This document shows, one piece after another, positions 27,875 to 36,478 of a stretch of DNA of 64,000 bases. Both the position numbers and the translations under genes were made by a program. How positions within the stretch are numbered: position 1 is the first letter of the stretch; the number at the start of each line of letters is the position of its first letter. The notes under the pieces were generated by a model, which saw nothing but the letters and a program-made list of their open reading frames with translations, did no database searches and was not told where the DNA came from. The stretch is from an uncultured virus (IMG/VR IMGVR_UViG_3300034071_002561) (taxonomy: Duplodnaviria; Heunggongvirae; Uroviricota; Caudoviricetes), in IMG/VR virus record IMGVR_UViG_3300034071_002561; one strand, written 5' to 3'.

Positions 27875-28678
27875 ATGAAAATCCAAATCGTATCCGATCT
27901 ACATCTAGAGTTCTCGGACATACTGATCAAAAACACCAATAACGCCGATGTATTGATTCTCGGTGGTGACATTATGATCGCTGAGAAAGTTCTCAAGCCT
28001 GAAAGTGAATTGGGTGTCCGTTTCAGAGATTTCTTGAAACGTTGCAGTTTTCAATTTCCGCATGTGATCTATATCGCTGGCAATCATGAGTTCTATGGCG
28101 GCTATTGGTCTAAAAGTCTAGAACAACTGCGCATGGCTTGTGGTGTTCACGATAACATCTACTTCCTTGAGCGTGATACTAAAATCATCGATGATGTGGT
28201 GTTTGTAGGTGGCACACTTTGGACAGATATGAATAGACATGATCCATTGACTCTGCACGGTGTTCGTGACATGATGAATGATTTCAGATCTATCACTGAT
28301 GACACCTTGGGCTATATCAAACTCAAGCCTGCTACCACTGCAGAACGTCATAGACAGACTCGACAGTATATCGAGTTAATTGTCAAAGAACACGCAGACA
28401 AGCGGGTAGTGGTAGTGGGGCATCACACTCCTAGTTTTCAGAGCTGTCACGAGATGTACAAATCAGACTATATCATGAACGGTGCGTATCACAGTGACCT
28501 TTCAGAGATTATGTTGGATCATCCGCAGATCAAACTGTGGACACATGGTCATACACATCATTGTTTTGATTATGTCATAGGTGAGACTCGAGTGGTGTGT
28601 AATCCACGTGGTTACCATCAAGCCAGTGGATGGAGTGAAGATACTGGATGGGATCCAGAGAAAGTAGTTGAAGTATGA
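27875..28678 (+). CDS. Calcineurin-like metallophosphoesterase
   Basis: SDLH, GGD, AGNHE, HHTP, HGHTH, CNPRGY. Confidence 0.9.
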   Translation: MKIQIVSDLHLEFSDILIKNTNNADVLILGGDIMIAEKVLKPESELGVRFRDFLKRCSFQFPHVIYIAGNHEFYGGYWSKSLEQLRMACGVHDNIYFLERDTKIIDDVVFVGGTLWTDMNRHDPLTLHGVRDMMNDFRSITDDTLGYIKLKPATTAERHRQTRQYIELIVKEHADKRVVVVGHHTPSFQSCHEMYKSDYIMNGAYHSDLSEIMLDHPQIKLWTHGHTHHCFDYVIGETRVVCNPRGYHQASGWSEDTGWDPEKVVEV

Positions 28679-29145
28679 AAAAAATCTATTACGAAAAAGT
28701 TGGGCGTAGGTATGTGCCTGTGAGTGAGTATGACAACGACTTTCTGGACAGCTTTACCAAAGGCAATCATCTCGTGATGAGCTATCCGGGAGGAACCAGC
28801 CGTAGGTACAACATCGATCCTGCGCTGGCTCCTATGATCGCTGCTGGCCGGTATGCTGAAGATGCTATGTGCAAGGCGCTGAATCGAGCCAGCGAAATGC
28901 GGCCTGCGAAGACCCCAATCACCCCAGGACAGCAACGAGCATGGAAAAAGTTGGCCAAAGAGTTTGGTGATGAATTGTGTACTCTCCACGGTGCCAGCAT
29001 ACACGATATCGCAGAAGCTGGGGTCAAGGCCATGCAAGTGGAGGCAGACAAGCTTCTGCAACACGAAGGTGTACGTAAGGCCTATGATCATTTCCAATTG
29101 ATGTGCAAATTAACCAAAGACAATCAACCTCGCATTGACAATTAA
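28675..29145 (+). CDS. Hypothetical phage protein
   Basis: Coupled ORF, 156 aa. Confidence 0.65.
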   Translation: MKKIYYEKVGRRYVPVSEYDNDFLDSFTKGNHLVMSYPGGTSRRYNIDPALAPMIAAGRYAEDAMCKALNRASEMRPAKTPITPGQQRAWKKLAKEFGDELCTLHGASIHDIAEAGVKAMQVEADKLLQHEGVRKAYDHFQLMCKLTKDNQPRIDN

Positions 29146-29190
29146 ACAGAAATATGCTATACTATAGTATCTTAATGAAAGGATTTAACC

Positions 29191-29751
29191 GTGATTACTC
29201 TTAAAGAATGGATGGAATTGGTAGACTATCGTATCACCGAGGGCAGTGAATACTGTTGGCAGTGCTATGGTCCCGATGCTTACTCTCTAGATAGTTGGAA
29301 TGGTGATCAAAATGGATATAGTTTTTGTATCATTTTTGATAATAAAACACAGGTAGTCTATGAAGTTCAGGCTCACGACTATGTGCATAATCGTGCCTAT
29401 CGACTTATCAATCCTGACTTCCAAAGTAACCATTCCGATGAAAGTGAAGAGCGTGGCATCAGTGTCAATAATGCCTGGGATGATGTTAATTACATCGATC
29501 TAGATGTAGATGACGATTTCTTCCAAAAAGCTCTGGCTATTCGTGAAGGTGAAGACTACGATACTCGTGTACAGATTCAGGTAGATTTCGACGATGCAGA
29601 ACTGTTAGAGTATATGAAGATCGCACACGATCGTGACATCACTTTTAACGAATTGGTTGAGATCGCTCTACAAGAAGCCATCGACCAACATCGCATGTTA
29701 AATGATATTGATTTTTCTGTAAAGAAGAAAAAGAAAAAGAAAGGCCGGTAA
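29191..29751 (+). CDS. Hypothetical phage protein
   Basis: Promoter TTGACA-N17-TATACT at 29135-29163; AAGGA SD. Confidence 0.7.
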   Translation: MITLKEWMELVDYRITEGSEYCWQCYGPDAYSLDSWNGDQNGYSFCIIFDNKTQVVYEVQAHDYVHNRAYRLINPDFQSNHSDESEERGISVNNAWDDVNYIDLDVDDDFFQKALAIREGEDYDTRVQIQVDFDDAELLEYMKIAHDRDITFNELVEIALQEAIDQHRMLNDIDFSVKKKKKKKGR

Positions 29752-30077
29752 TGGGCGAAACTCAAAAGTTTTTAGAAGATCTAAAAACTGGTATCAGACA
29801 TATAGTGATCAATGACTGCTATGGCGGGTTTGGTCTCAGTGATCGTGCTCGTGAAGAATATAAAAAACTTGCAGGCATCACAGATTCTGGATGGTATGAT
29901 CGAGATGTTGCTCGTGATGATCCCTATCTGGTCAAGGTAGTCAAGGAACTAGGCTCTGCTGCCAGCGGCGGCCATGCCAAACTCAAGATAGTAGAAATAC
30001 CCGGCGATGTGTCGTGGCACATTGGTGAGTACGACGGTGTAGAATGGGTGGCTGAAGATCATCGTACTTGGAAATGA
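29751..30077 (+). CDS. Hypothetical phage protein
   Basis: VINDCYGGFGLS...RDDPYLVKVVKELG...EYDGVEWVAE, a motif recalled from phage proteins. Confidence 0.75.
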   Translation: MGETQKFLEDLKTGIRHIVINDCYGGFGLSDRAREEYKKLAGITDSGWYDRDVARDDPYLVKVVKELGSAASGGHAKLKIVEIPGDVSWHIGEYDGVEWVAEDHRTWK

Positions 30078-30373
30078 CATTAGTAGCAGTAAACGGTGGA
30101 TGGGTAAAAATGCGCAAAACATCAGTGCACCATTGGCGGTTTGAAGATGGCAAGACCTGTCCTAATCCTGATAGTCAGTGGAAAATGGATCCGCCCCCTC
30201 GCGGTTGGTACTGTTGGGTATATCCTAGCGACCATCAAGAATTTCAAGAGTGGATGAGTAAAATGTGCCCTACAACAGATATCACGCATCGGTTTAACAG
30301 TGGTGATCCTATGTGGACTGTCTACATCAGCGACGATACTGAAGCAACATTATTTCAATTAAAGTGGTTATAA
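30074..30373 (+). CDS. Small paralog-array protein 1
   Basis: Ends ISDDTEATLFQLKWL. Confidence 0.65.
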   Translation: MTLVAVNGGWVKMRKTSVHHWRFEDGKTCPNPDSQWKMDPPPRGWYCWVYPSDHQEFQEWMSKMCPTTDITHRFNSGDPMWTVYISDDTEATLFQLKWL

Positions 30374-30681
30374 TGAGCAAACCTGTAGTTATGAGTTCTG
30401 ACCAGTGGAATGCGGTACTCGATCGTATCAAGCAACGAGAAAAGCCCAGCGTTTATCTTTCACGAACAAAGATGAAAGAAGTCCTGGGCTTCACTGTACG
30501 TGATCACAGAGAGTATGTCAAAGACCCAGATTATGTAAAATTACCATCAACAGGTGAATGGCACGATCTGGAACTTGGTTGGTATGAAGGCAAAAAGAAT
30601 GTACATACCGTTCGATTGGATTTCTACGATGATCAAAAACGCACAATGTTTCTATTAAAATATGGTAACGGACAAACTTAA
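30373..30681 (+). CDS. Small paralog-array protein 2
   Basis: Ends FYDDQKRTMFLLKYG. Confidence 0.65.
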   Translation: MSKPVVMSSDQWNAVLDRIKQREKPSVYLSRTKMKEVLGFTVRDHREYVKDPDYVKLPSTGEWHDLELGWYEGKKNVHTVRLDFYDDQKRTMFLLKYGNGQT

Positions 30682-30913
30682 AATTAGTTCGCTTAATGAG
30701 ATACTAGCCACCCGTGTTAGAACAGTTTACCCGTATCGTGTAAACTTTAATAATATCACACGTAATCAAATTGAAGAAATGTCCTCTTGGTGTATTAACA
30801 ACTGCAAAGAACTCTGGCGTGAAGAACATGTTCATGCACTATATTTTCAATTCACAGACGATCACGATGCCATGATGTTTATGTTAAAGTTTGGCGGAAG
30901 GGGTAACGTATGA
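30662..30913 (+). CDS. Small paralog-array protein 3
   Basis: Ends FTDDHDAMMFMLKFG. Confidence 0.65.
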   Translation: MVTDKLKISSLNEILATRVRTVYPYRVNFNNITRNQIEEMSSWCINNCKELWREEHVHALYFQFTDDHDAMMFMLKFGGRGNV

Positions 30914-31305
30914 TACCAGATTGGCAAACAAATGTGCTGAATAAACTTCAAGGCATCAAACCCAGTCAGCTGATATTGACCATGGCAGGCCGAGGGACTG
31001 GCAAGAGCGTGATGAATAGCCAAGCATTTCAGAGACTTTGGGATGACTTGCATGCTCGTCCAGTAGAAGATCTCAAACTCACAGAGGGCACAGTCTACGG
31101 CTGCCAATACTACTGTGTAGAACCAGTGGGCGGAGTTTGGCATGAAATGGAAGCGTGGTGCATAAAAACTTTTGATTCCACACAGGGATCTATCTGGGGA
31201 GAAAATCCTACGCTCGCACCTGCACAGCGTTGGTATATGAACAATCGCAAGTTTTGGTTCCGCGATGATGCAGATCGTTTGATGTTTGTGATGAGGTGGC
31301 GATGA
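30910..31305 (+). CDS. Small paralog-array protein 4
   Basis: Ends FRDDADRLMFVMRWR. Confidence 0.65.
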   Translation: MIPDWQTNVLNKLQGIKPSQLILTMAGRGTGKSVMNSQAFQRLWDDLHARPVEDLKLTEGTVYGCQYYCVEPVGGVWHEMEAWCIKTFDSTQGSIWGENPTLAPAQRWYMNNRKFWFRDDADRLMFVMRWR

Positions 31306-31559
31306 CTCTAGAAGAAGAAATGCTGAATAAGGCAGGTATAGAAATGGCTCGCGAAATTGACCGCGAGGTGCTTTGGGGCATGCTCAAGGATATAGGTTGG
31401 CGCAGAGTCATGTTGGATAGATTTACAGACAACAACCATGCTGTGGATATTACACATTGGTTAGAATCAAATTGTAAAAATCCCTTTGAACGCAGCGGTG
31501 CAGATTTTATCTTTGAATCTACAGTAGATGCTGTGAATTTTACACTAAGATGGAAGTGA
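31302..31559 (+). CDS. Small paralog-array protein 5
   Basis: Ends FESTVDAVNFTLRWK. Confidence 0.65.
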   Translation: MTLEEEMLNKAGIEMAREIDREVLWGMLKDIGWRRVMLDRFTDNNHAVDITHWLESNCKNPFERSGADFIFESTVDAVNFTLRWK

Positions 31560-31765
31560 TAATTAAAAATCTGTCCCCTAATGATGCTATAGATATTGTT
31601 AGAGACGTTCGAGAACAGGGCTTAGTGCAGGGGAAAGATTTTGATTTTGCATTTTATCAAACTCGTTGGGATTCAATGGTTGGAGAAATACCCAAATATA
31701 CAAAATTTATTTTCCATCAAGATAAATGGGCGGTTTGGTTTAGTTTAAAATATGGCGATACATAA
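31550..31765 (+). CDS. Small paralog-array protein 6
   Basis: Ends FHQDKWAVWFSLKYG. Confidence 0.65.
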   Translation: MEVIIKNLSPNDAIDIVRDVREQGLVQGKDFDFAFYQTRWDSMVGEIPKYTKFIFHQDKWAVWFSLKYGDT

Positions 31766-32108
31766 ATTCAAAGGATACCAGTTTGACCCTGCTCAGGGTT
31801 ACCTAGGGCCTGCACCCGAAGGAGATACATATAGGTATATGATAGTCAACGATCGAGTAGAGGAAATACGAGAAGTCGTTGTCCATTCGTTTACAATGGG
31901 CGACGTAGAAGATCCAGACCTGTATGCTGCAGAACCACTTTGGAAATGGCAACAAAGTGAAGAAGGTGCGTGGGTCATGTCTCACGCAGTGGAAACTCCT
32001 AGCTGGAATAGAATCCCAGATCAACTGCAATACGGATATCGGTACGAGATTCGAGCTAAACTGTCAGGTGCTAGACTCACAGAATATCTGTTAAGGCACG
32101 GAAAATGA
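31752..32108 (+). CDS. Small paralog-array protein 7 (divergent)
   Basis: Ends LSGARLTEYLLRHG. Confidence 0.6.
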   Translation: MAIHKFKGYQFDPAQGYLGPAPEGDTYRYMIVNDRVEEIREVVVHSFTMGDVEDPDLYAAEPLWKWQQSEEGAWVMSHAVETPSWNRIPDQLQYGYRYEIRAKLSGARLTEYLLRHGK

Positions 32109-32362
32109 TAGATCCGAATCCCACAGTGACAATTTTGCGGGCTCAGAAAGCAGAAGAGCATCTCAAGGTTGATGAAAGATTGATGCAGTTATTAGATACG
32201 TATCACGCCATTGTGCTCAAAGATGATGACTTTTCAGAAAAACTCACATGGTGTTTGGAAAACTGTCAAAGCAAGTTTCGTGACCTCAGTGATCCAAATG
32301 GCCGTGCTTGGTATTTCCAAAATGAACAAGATGCCATGCTGTTTGCGATGAGGTGGTCGTGA
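32105..32362 (+). CDS. Small paralog-array protein 8
   Basis: Ends FQNEQDAMLFAMRWS. Confidence 0.65.
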   Translation: MIDPNPTVTILRAQKAEEHLKVDERLMQLLDTYHAIVLKDDDFSEKLTWCLENCQSKFRDLSDPNGRAWYFQNEQDAMLFAMRWS

Positions 32363-32421
32363 TAATACTTGACATTTGACCTAGACGATGTTATAATATT
32401 ATATCATTTAGAAAGTATTAT

Positions 32422-32664
32422 ATGAACGAACAATTAATTGGTAATTTATTTGCAGAAGCACAACGTCAAATGACCGGTAGTTCAAGCAAAGAGTTTAGCG
32501 AAAAGTTTGCCGAGTTGATTGTTCGGGAATGTATTGACAAGATTGAAACACATCGTATTCCTGTTAGTAATAGTGCCGCAGGTGAGATGGCTTGCGAATG
32601 GACCTATGCCGCGTTGAAAGAGATTAGGGACGAGATTAAAGAACATTTCGGAGTTAAAGAATGA
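32422..32664 (+). CDS. Hypothetical phage protein
   Basis: EKFAELIVREC...IKEHFGV motif. Confidence 0.7.
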   Translation: MNEQLIGNLFAEAQRQMTGSSSKEFSEKFAELIVRECIDKIETHRIPVSNSAAGEMACEWTYAALKEIRDEIKEHFGVKE

Positions 32665-33065
32665 AAATAGGATTTAGTTTTGGTCGATGTATTCGTGATA
32701 TTGTTAACGGTGAAGTCGGCATCGATGATGTGGCATTTTTAATCACTGCCACCAACATTAAAGATGTCAGTCACTTAGACCATGTGATAGATGTGTATAT
32801 GGGAGAGCCCGGATATCTTCTAGGACTAGATCACCACAGTTGCAAAGAAGTCGCACATCTGCTTTGGAATTCTAATAGAGTGTTGCAACCAAGAGCACAG
32901 GGCATGCACAGACATGCACAGCCAGAAAATTCAGTTTGGGTAGATATGTTTCCCACAGAATGCAGTAAAAATCCTTCGGTCAAAACAGCCTGGGATCATT
33001 ACAGATTTATGCTACATATAACTGAGAACGTTGATAATGAAGCAGTAGAGATTTTTAAACAATAG
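32661..33065 (+). CDS. Hypothetical phage protein
   Basis: MKIGFSFGRCIRDIV; coupled ORF. Confidence 0.65.
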   Translation: MKIGFSFGRCIRDIVNGEVGIDDVAFLITATNIKDVSHLDHVIDVYMGEPGYLLGLDHHSCKEVAHLLWNSNRVLQPRAQGMHRHAQPENSVWVDMFPTECSKNPSVKTAWDHYRFMLHITENVDNEAVEIFKQ

Positions 33066-33073
33066 GAGATGCC

Positions 33074-33259
33074 ATGGTCAAAGAGGGATCAAGATGGGAA
33101 GGTAACGAAGGACAAAAATTTCATGTACTACATGTAATTGAAATCGACGGGCATACATGGGTTCATTATATCAAAGAAAATGCACCCGAAGATTCTAATC
33201 GTGAATATAGCTGTTACATAGAAAGCTTCTTACAACGATTCAGGTCACTGCCAGAATGA
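33074..33259 (+). CDS. Small hypothetical protein
   Basis: AGGAG SD; 61 aa. Confidence 0.65.
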   Translation: MVKEGSRWEGNEGQKFHVLHVIEIDGHTWVHYIKENAPEDSNREYSCYIESFLQRFRSLPE

Positions 33260-33525
33260 TTAGTTTTAGTTTTAATATTCGAGTACCCGGATCAAACAGG
33301 TTCAACAATATCAAATGTTGGCATGGATCTACGCCATTCAAGCACAAATTTTGGGAACTGCAGATCTATCAATCCGCTGATATCGTAGATCTGTTTGTGA
33401 GAATAACCCACAATCAAAGTCACGCTGGTCTACATATGGGTATTGGAATGGTGGGATATAATCTAGAATTCCAGGTCTATGATATAAGACATTGGAACCC
33501 TGAAACCCGCAGATGGCAAACTTGA
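33256..33525 (+). CDS. Hypothetical protein
   Basis: ATGA coupling; 89 aa. Confidence 0.6.
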   Translation: MISFSFNIRVPGSNRFNNIKCWHGSTPFKHKFWELQIYQSADIVDLFVRITHNQSHAGLHMGIGMVGYNLEFQVYDIRHWNPETRRWQT

Positions 33526-33581
33526 GATAATATACGCACTTAATTATGTTATAATACAACTAGGATAAGTAAAGTATACGC

Positions 33582-34157
33582 ATGGAGCAAAAAGTGAAAA
33601 AATCGGAATATTTCAATGCTGAGGATCAGATTGATCTCAAACTGCTAGAATCTAGCACATTTTTCCTTAACGGTGAAATCAACGAAGAATCTGTAGGAGA
33701 ATGTGTGCGGTGGTTTCTCTATGAGAATCTTGATGTAGCCAAGGAAAAAACACTGACACTTTATATTAATTCCACAGGCGGTGATCTTTATCAGGCATTT
33801 GCACTCATAGATGTCATGCAGGCCAGTCCTCATAAAGTACGATGTGTAGGCATCGGTGCAGTGATGAGTGCGGCATTCTTGATCTTTGCTTCAGGCACAC
33901 ACGGTGAACGATACGCTGCCAAAAACACCAGTTTCATGTGCCACCAATTTTCCGAAAGTATGGACAATAAATATCACGATCTCAAAGCCACTATGCGAGA
34001 AAATGACAGCTGTAATGAACGTATGGTCTCAGTTTTGAAAGCAGCCACTGGATTGGCACCCTCGGTGATCAAGAAACGCCTGCTGCCAGCATCAGACGTT
34101 TATCTAACCGCAGAAGAAACTGTGGAAATTGGCGTAGCAGATCATCTACTGGGATAA
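33582..34157 (+). CDS. clpP: ClpP-family protease subunit
   Basis: LYINSTGGD, GAVMSAA (catalytic Ser), FMCHQ (His), DVYLTAEE..G.AD. Confidence 0.88.
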   Translation: MEQKVKKSEYFNAEDQIDLKLLESSTFFLNGEINEESVGECVRWFLYENLDVAKEKTLTLYINSTGGDLYQAFALIDVMQASPHKVRCVGIGAVMSAAFLIFASGTHGERYAAKNTSFMCHQFSESMDNKYHDLKATMRENDSCNERMVSVLKAATGLAPSVIKKRLLPASDVYLTAEETVEIGVADHLLG

Positions 34158-34160
34158 TCA

Positions 34161-34409
34161 ATGAACAATGTCTATACCTTTGATCCCAAGGCCAAGGAAG
34201 ATGAAGAGCGCAAGCAATCACTTTTAGAAGTCATAGATGCTGTGCGAGATCAGATAGAGCGAGGCGAGATTCGAGAACTAGTGGCCTGCAGTTTAGACAA
34301 GGATGGCGAGGCACAGATACATGTCAGTGCCTTGGATCTACCAGGCAGTGTCGGACTGTTTGAAATTGGCAAGCATCTGCTGATCTCACAGACCAATGAT
34401 GTGTTGTAA
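34161..34409 (+). CDS. Hypothetical protein
   Basis: 82-aa ORF following clpP. Confidence 0.65.
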   Translation: MNNVYTFDPKAKEDEERKQSLLEVIDAVRDQIERGEIRELVACSLDKDGEAQIHVSALDLPGSVGLFEIGKHLLISQTNDVL

Positions 34410-34438
34410 AAAAGCCACATAAACAGAGATGATCTAGG

Positions 34439-34467
34439 TTGACACATAAATAAAAAGACCGTATACT
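34439..34467 (+). promoter_or_regulatory. sigma70 promoter P1 of the tRNA operon
   Basis: TTGACA-N17-TATACT; spacer also contains TAAATA. Confidence 0.85.
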
Positions 34468-34522
34468 AGCAGTTGTGTTTAGCAAAGAGTCAAAACTTTT
34501 TTGCCAGAAGTGCAAATAGAGG

Positions 34523-34551
34523 TTGACACAGAGACTAAATAAATGTATAAT
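34523..34551 (+). promoter_or_regulatory. sigma70 promoter P2 of the tRNA operon
   Basis: Perfect TTGACA-N17-TATAAT; spacer also contains TAAATA. Confidence 0.9.
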
Positions 34552-34602
34552 TAACACATGCACTAAAAATAGTGTGTGACTTTCAAGGAAATGAAGAAGA
34601 CA

Positions 34603-34746
34603 ATGAAACACGTATCATTACATATATCTTGTAAATCCGTAGCCCAGGTGGGAGGCTTTATGCCCTCATATTGGCTCGCGATTGATAGTATATCTAATGA
34701 TCGTACACCAGAGCTATTACCGGGGTCCGTGGAGATGTTAGTGTAA
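34603..34746 (+). CDS. Putative attenuator leader peptide (47 aa, all 20 amino acids)
   Basis: MKHVSLHISCKSVAQVGGFMPSYWLAIDSISNDRTPELLPGSVEMLV*; in-frame upstream ATG at 34591; last codons form the antiterminator 5' arm. Confidence 0.65.
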   Translation: MKHVSLHISCKSVAQVGGFMPSYWLAIDSISNDRTPELLPGSVEMLV

Positions 34747-34808
34747 ACATAAAATACACAGCTACTTCAAAGGACCCCAGGAATAAACACCCTGGGGTTT
34801 TTGTTTTT
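34720..34808 (+). terminator. Mutually exclusive antiterminator/terminator (attenuator)
   Basis: Antiterminator GGGGTCC(34722-28)/GGACCCC(34772-78) plus TGGAG/CTTCA and GTGTA/TACAC; terminator ACCCCAGG(34774-81)/CCTGGGGT(34791-98) followed by TTTTGTTTTT. Confidence 0.8.
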
Positions 34809-34820
34809 ATAAAGGAAAAA

Positions 34821-35000
34821 ATGGAACAGATAGATTACAAAAAATTAAATGAACGAGTCGTTGAACAGGCTTATGAAGCTGCTTTTAATCGAAATGAACT
34901 TTCGAAAGAACAACTTCAAAAACTTATTCAAGATAAGTTTGAACGTGCTAGAACATATCACGAATCGTTGGCAAAATTGTCGACGTTTAATGTAAACTAA
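34821..35000 (+). CDS. Small helical hypothetical protein (59 aa), first gene after the attenuator
   Basis: AAGGA SD; MEQIDYKKLNERVVEQAYEAAF...STFNVN*. Confidence 0.6.
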   Translation: MEQIDYKKLNERVVEQAYEAAFNRNELSKEQLQKLIQDKFERARTYHESLAKLSTFNVN

Positions 35001-35236
35001 TAGCACAAAGTGTGAATATCAGGAAACGAGGTCCTGGCTCCGCACTATAAACACGGAGCGAACGGGCGGCCTGTAGGATGAAACTCTTCTTCTAGAGCGA
35101 AAAATTACAGCGTATTAAAGAGCATAGACCTGACCTGGACTGAGATGTCGCAGACTGTGTTCTTTAATACACACTCTCCTACTCCACTTTACAAGGAGGA
35201 CAGATTGACATAGTCGATGGAGAGTGTTACAAATTT

Positions 35237-35325
35237 GGAGCTTGATCCCTACGGCGGACTGTAAATCCGTTGCCTTAATATGTAGGGTGGCTGGCAGTTA
35301 GGTTCGATTCCTTCAGGCTCCACCA
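35237..35325 (+). tRNA. Atypical tRNA-Tyr(GTA): no D-arm, 9/3 acceptor/T stems
   Basis: GCGGA-CTGTAAA-TCCGT anticodon arm, TTCGATT T-loop, ACCA end. Confidence 0.7.
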
Positions 35326-35331
35326 AGTTTT

Positions 35332-35407
35332 GCCTCGTTCATATAACGGTCTATTATATCCGCCTGTCTAGCGGAATACAGGGGTTCGACTCCCCTACGA
35401 GGCGCCA
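35332..35407 (+). tRNA. tRNA-Asp(GTC)
   Basis: Cloverleaf, loop CTGTCTA, GCCA end. Confidence 0.9.
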
Positions 35408-35413
35408 GTTTAT

Positions 35414-35489
35414 TCCCCAGTAGCACAGCGGTAGTTGCACTTGACTGTTAATCAAGGTGTCCGTGGTTCGATCCCACGCTGGGGAGCCA
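35414..35489 (+). tRNA. tRNA-Asn(GTT)
   Basis: Cloverleaf, loop CTGTTAA, GCCA end. Confidence 0.93.
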
Positions 35490-35497
35490 AGTTTTAT

Positions 35498-35572
35498 GGA
35501 CCGTTCGTCTATCGGTTAGGACACTAGGTTTTCATCCTGGTAAGAGGGGTTCGACTCCCCTACGGTCTTCCA
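35498..35572 (+). tRNA. tRNA-Glu(TTC)
   Basis: Cloverleaf, loop TTTTCAT, CCA end. Confidence 0.9.
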
Positions 35573-35578
35573 TATAAT

Positions 35579-35652
35579 GCGGGATTAGTTTAATGGTCAA
35601 ACGAAACCTTGCCAAGGTTTAGTCAGGAGTTCGATTCTCCTATCCCGCTCCA
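35579..35652 (+). tRNA. tRNA-Gly(GCC)
   Basis: Cloverleaf, loop TTGCCAA, TCCA end. Confidence 0.93.
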
Positions 35653-35658
35653 AGTTAT

Positions 35659-35733
35659 ATGCCCTTAGTGTTAACGGCAGCACAACGGTCTCCAAAACCG
35701 CTAGTGGGGGTTCGAATCCCTCAGGGTATGCCA
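35659..35733 (+). tRNA. tRNA-Trp(CCA)
   Basis: Cloverleaf, loop CTCCAAA, GCCA end. Confidence 0.9.
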
Positions 35734-35809
35734 ATTAGTATTATAAGTAATATGCTCGGCCCGGTAATTGCTATATTATGCTATCGAGCAATAATTTAGA
35801 GGATATTGC

Positions 35810-36394
35810 ATGAACGACATCATTATACTAGACAATTTCTTACCTAAGTCATATGAAGATGAAATTGAAAAACATTTTTCTTCATTGGAGTTTCCCTGGT
35901 ATTATAATCCGGGTGTTTCTTATTCACAAGAAGAGAACGCTAAATTTATTGCTAACGATAGCAATATAAAAGAAACCGACGGCTTCGTACATAGATTGAT
36001 CATAGAAAATGCAAAGGTAAGTGGGTATGGCGATCTAGTTAGGCCTATAATGTATTTTGTAGAAGACAAATTTAAAGTAAAGGTTAATTATATCATCAGA
36101 GCAAGAGCCGTAATGATTTATAAAAATTCAGTGTTTGGAGAATTTTATAATGTTCCTCATGTTGACGATATGAACAGGCATATGACATTAATTTACTATG
36201 TCAACGACAGCGATGGAGACACTGTTATCTTCAAAGAGAAATATGTAAATGATATTAGTTACAGTAAAAAGACTGTGGAACGTAGAGTTGAACCTAGAAA
36301 AGGTAGAGCTGTTTTGTTTGACGGGCACCGTTATCATACAGGATCTGTGCCAAAATACAATAACAGAATGTTAATTAATTTCAATTTCAATTAA
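35810..36394 (+). CDS. 2OG-Fe(II) oxygenase
   Basis: PHVD, LIYYVNDSDGDT, GRAVLFDG..YH, RMLINFN. Confidence 0.85.
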   Translation: MNDIIILDNFLPKSYEDEIEKHFSSLEFPWYYNPGVSYSQEENAKFIANDSNIKETDGFVHRLIIENAKVSGYGDLVRPIMYFVEDKFKVKVNYIIRARAVMIYKNSVFGEFYNVPHVDDMNRHMTLIYYVNDSDGDTVIFKEKYVNDISYSKKTVERRVEPRKGRAVLFDGHRYHTGSVPKYNNRMLINFNFN

Positions 36395-36395
36395 T

Positions 36396-36473
36396 AGTGC
36401 GGTGGCAGAGAGGCCCAATGCAAGAGTCTGCAAAACTCTAAAGCCGTGGGTTCAAATCCCACCCGCACTTCCA
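36396..36473 (+). tRNA. tRNA-Cys(GCA) copy 1
   Basis: Loop CTGCAAA, U73, CCA. Confidence 0.92.
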
Positions 36474-36478
36474 ACAAT

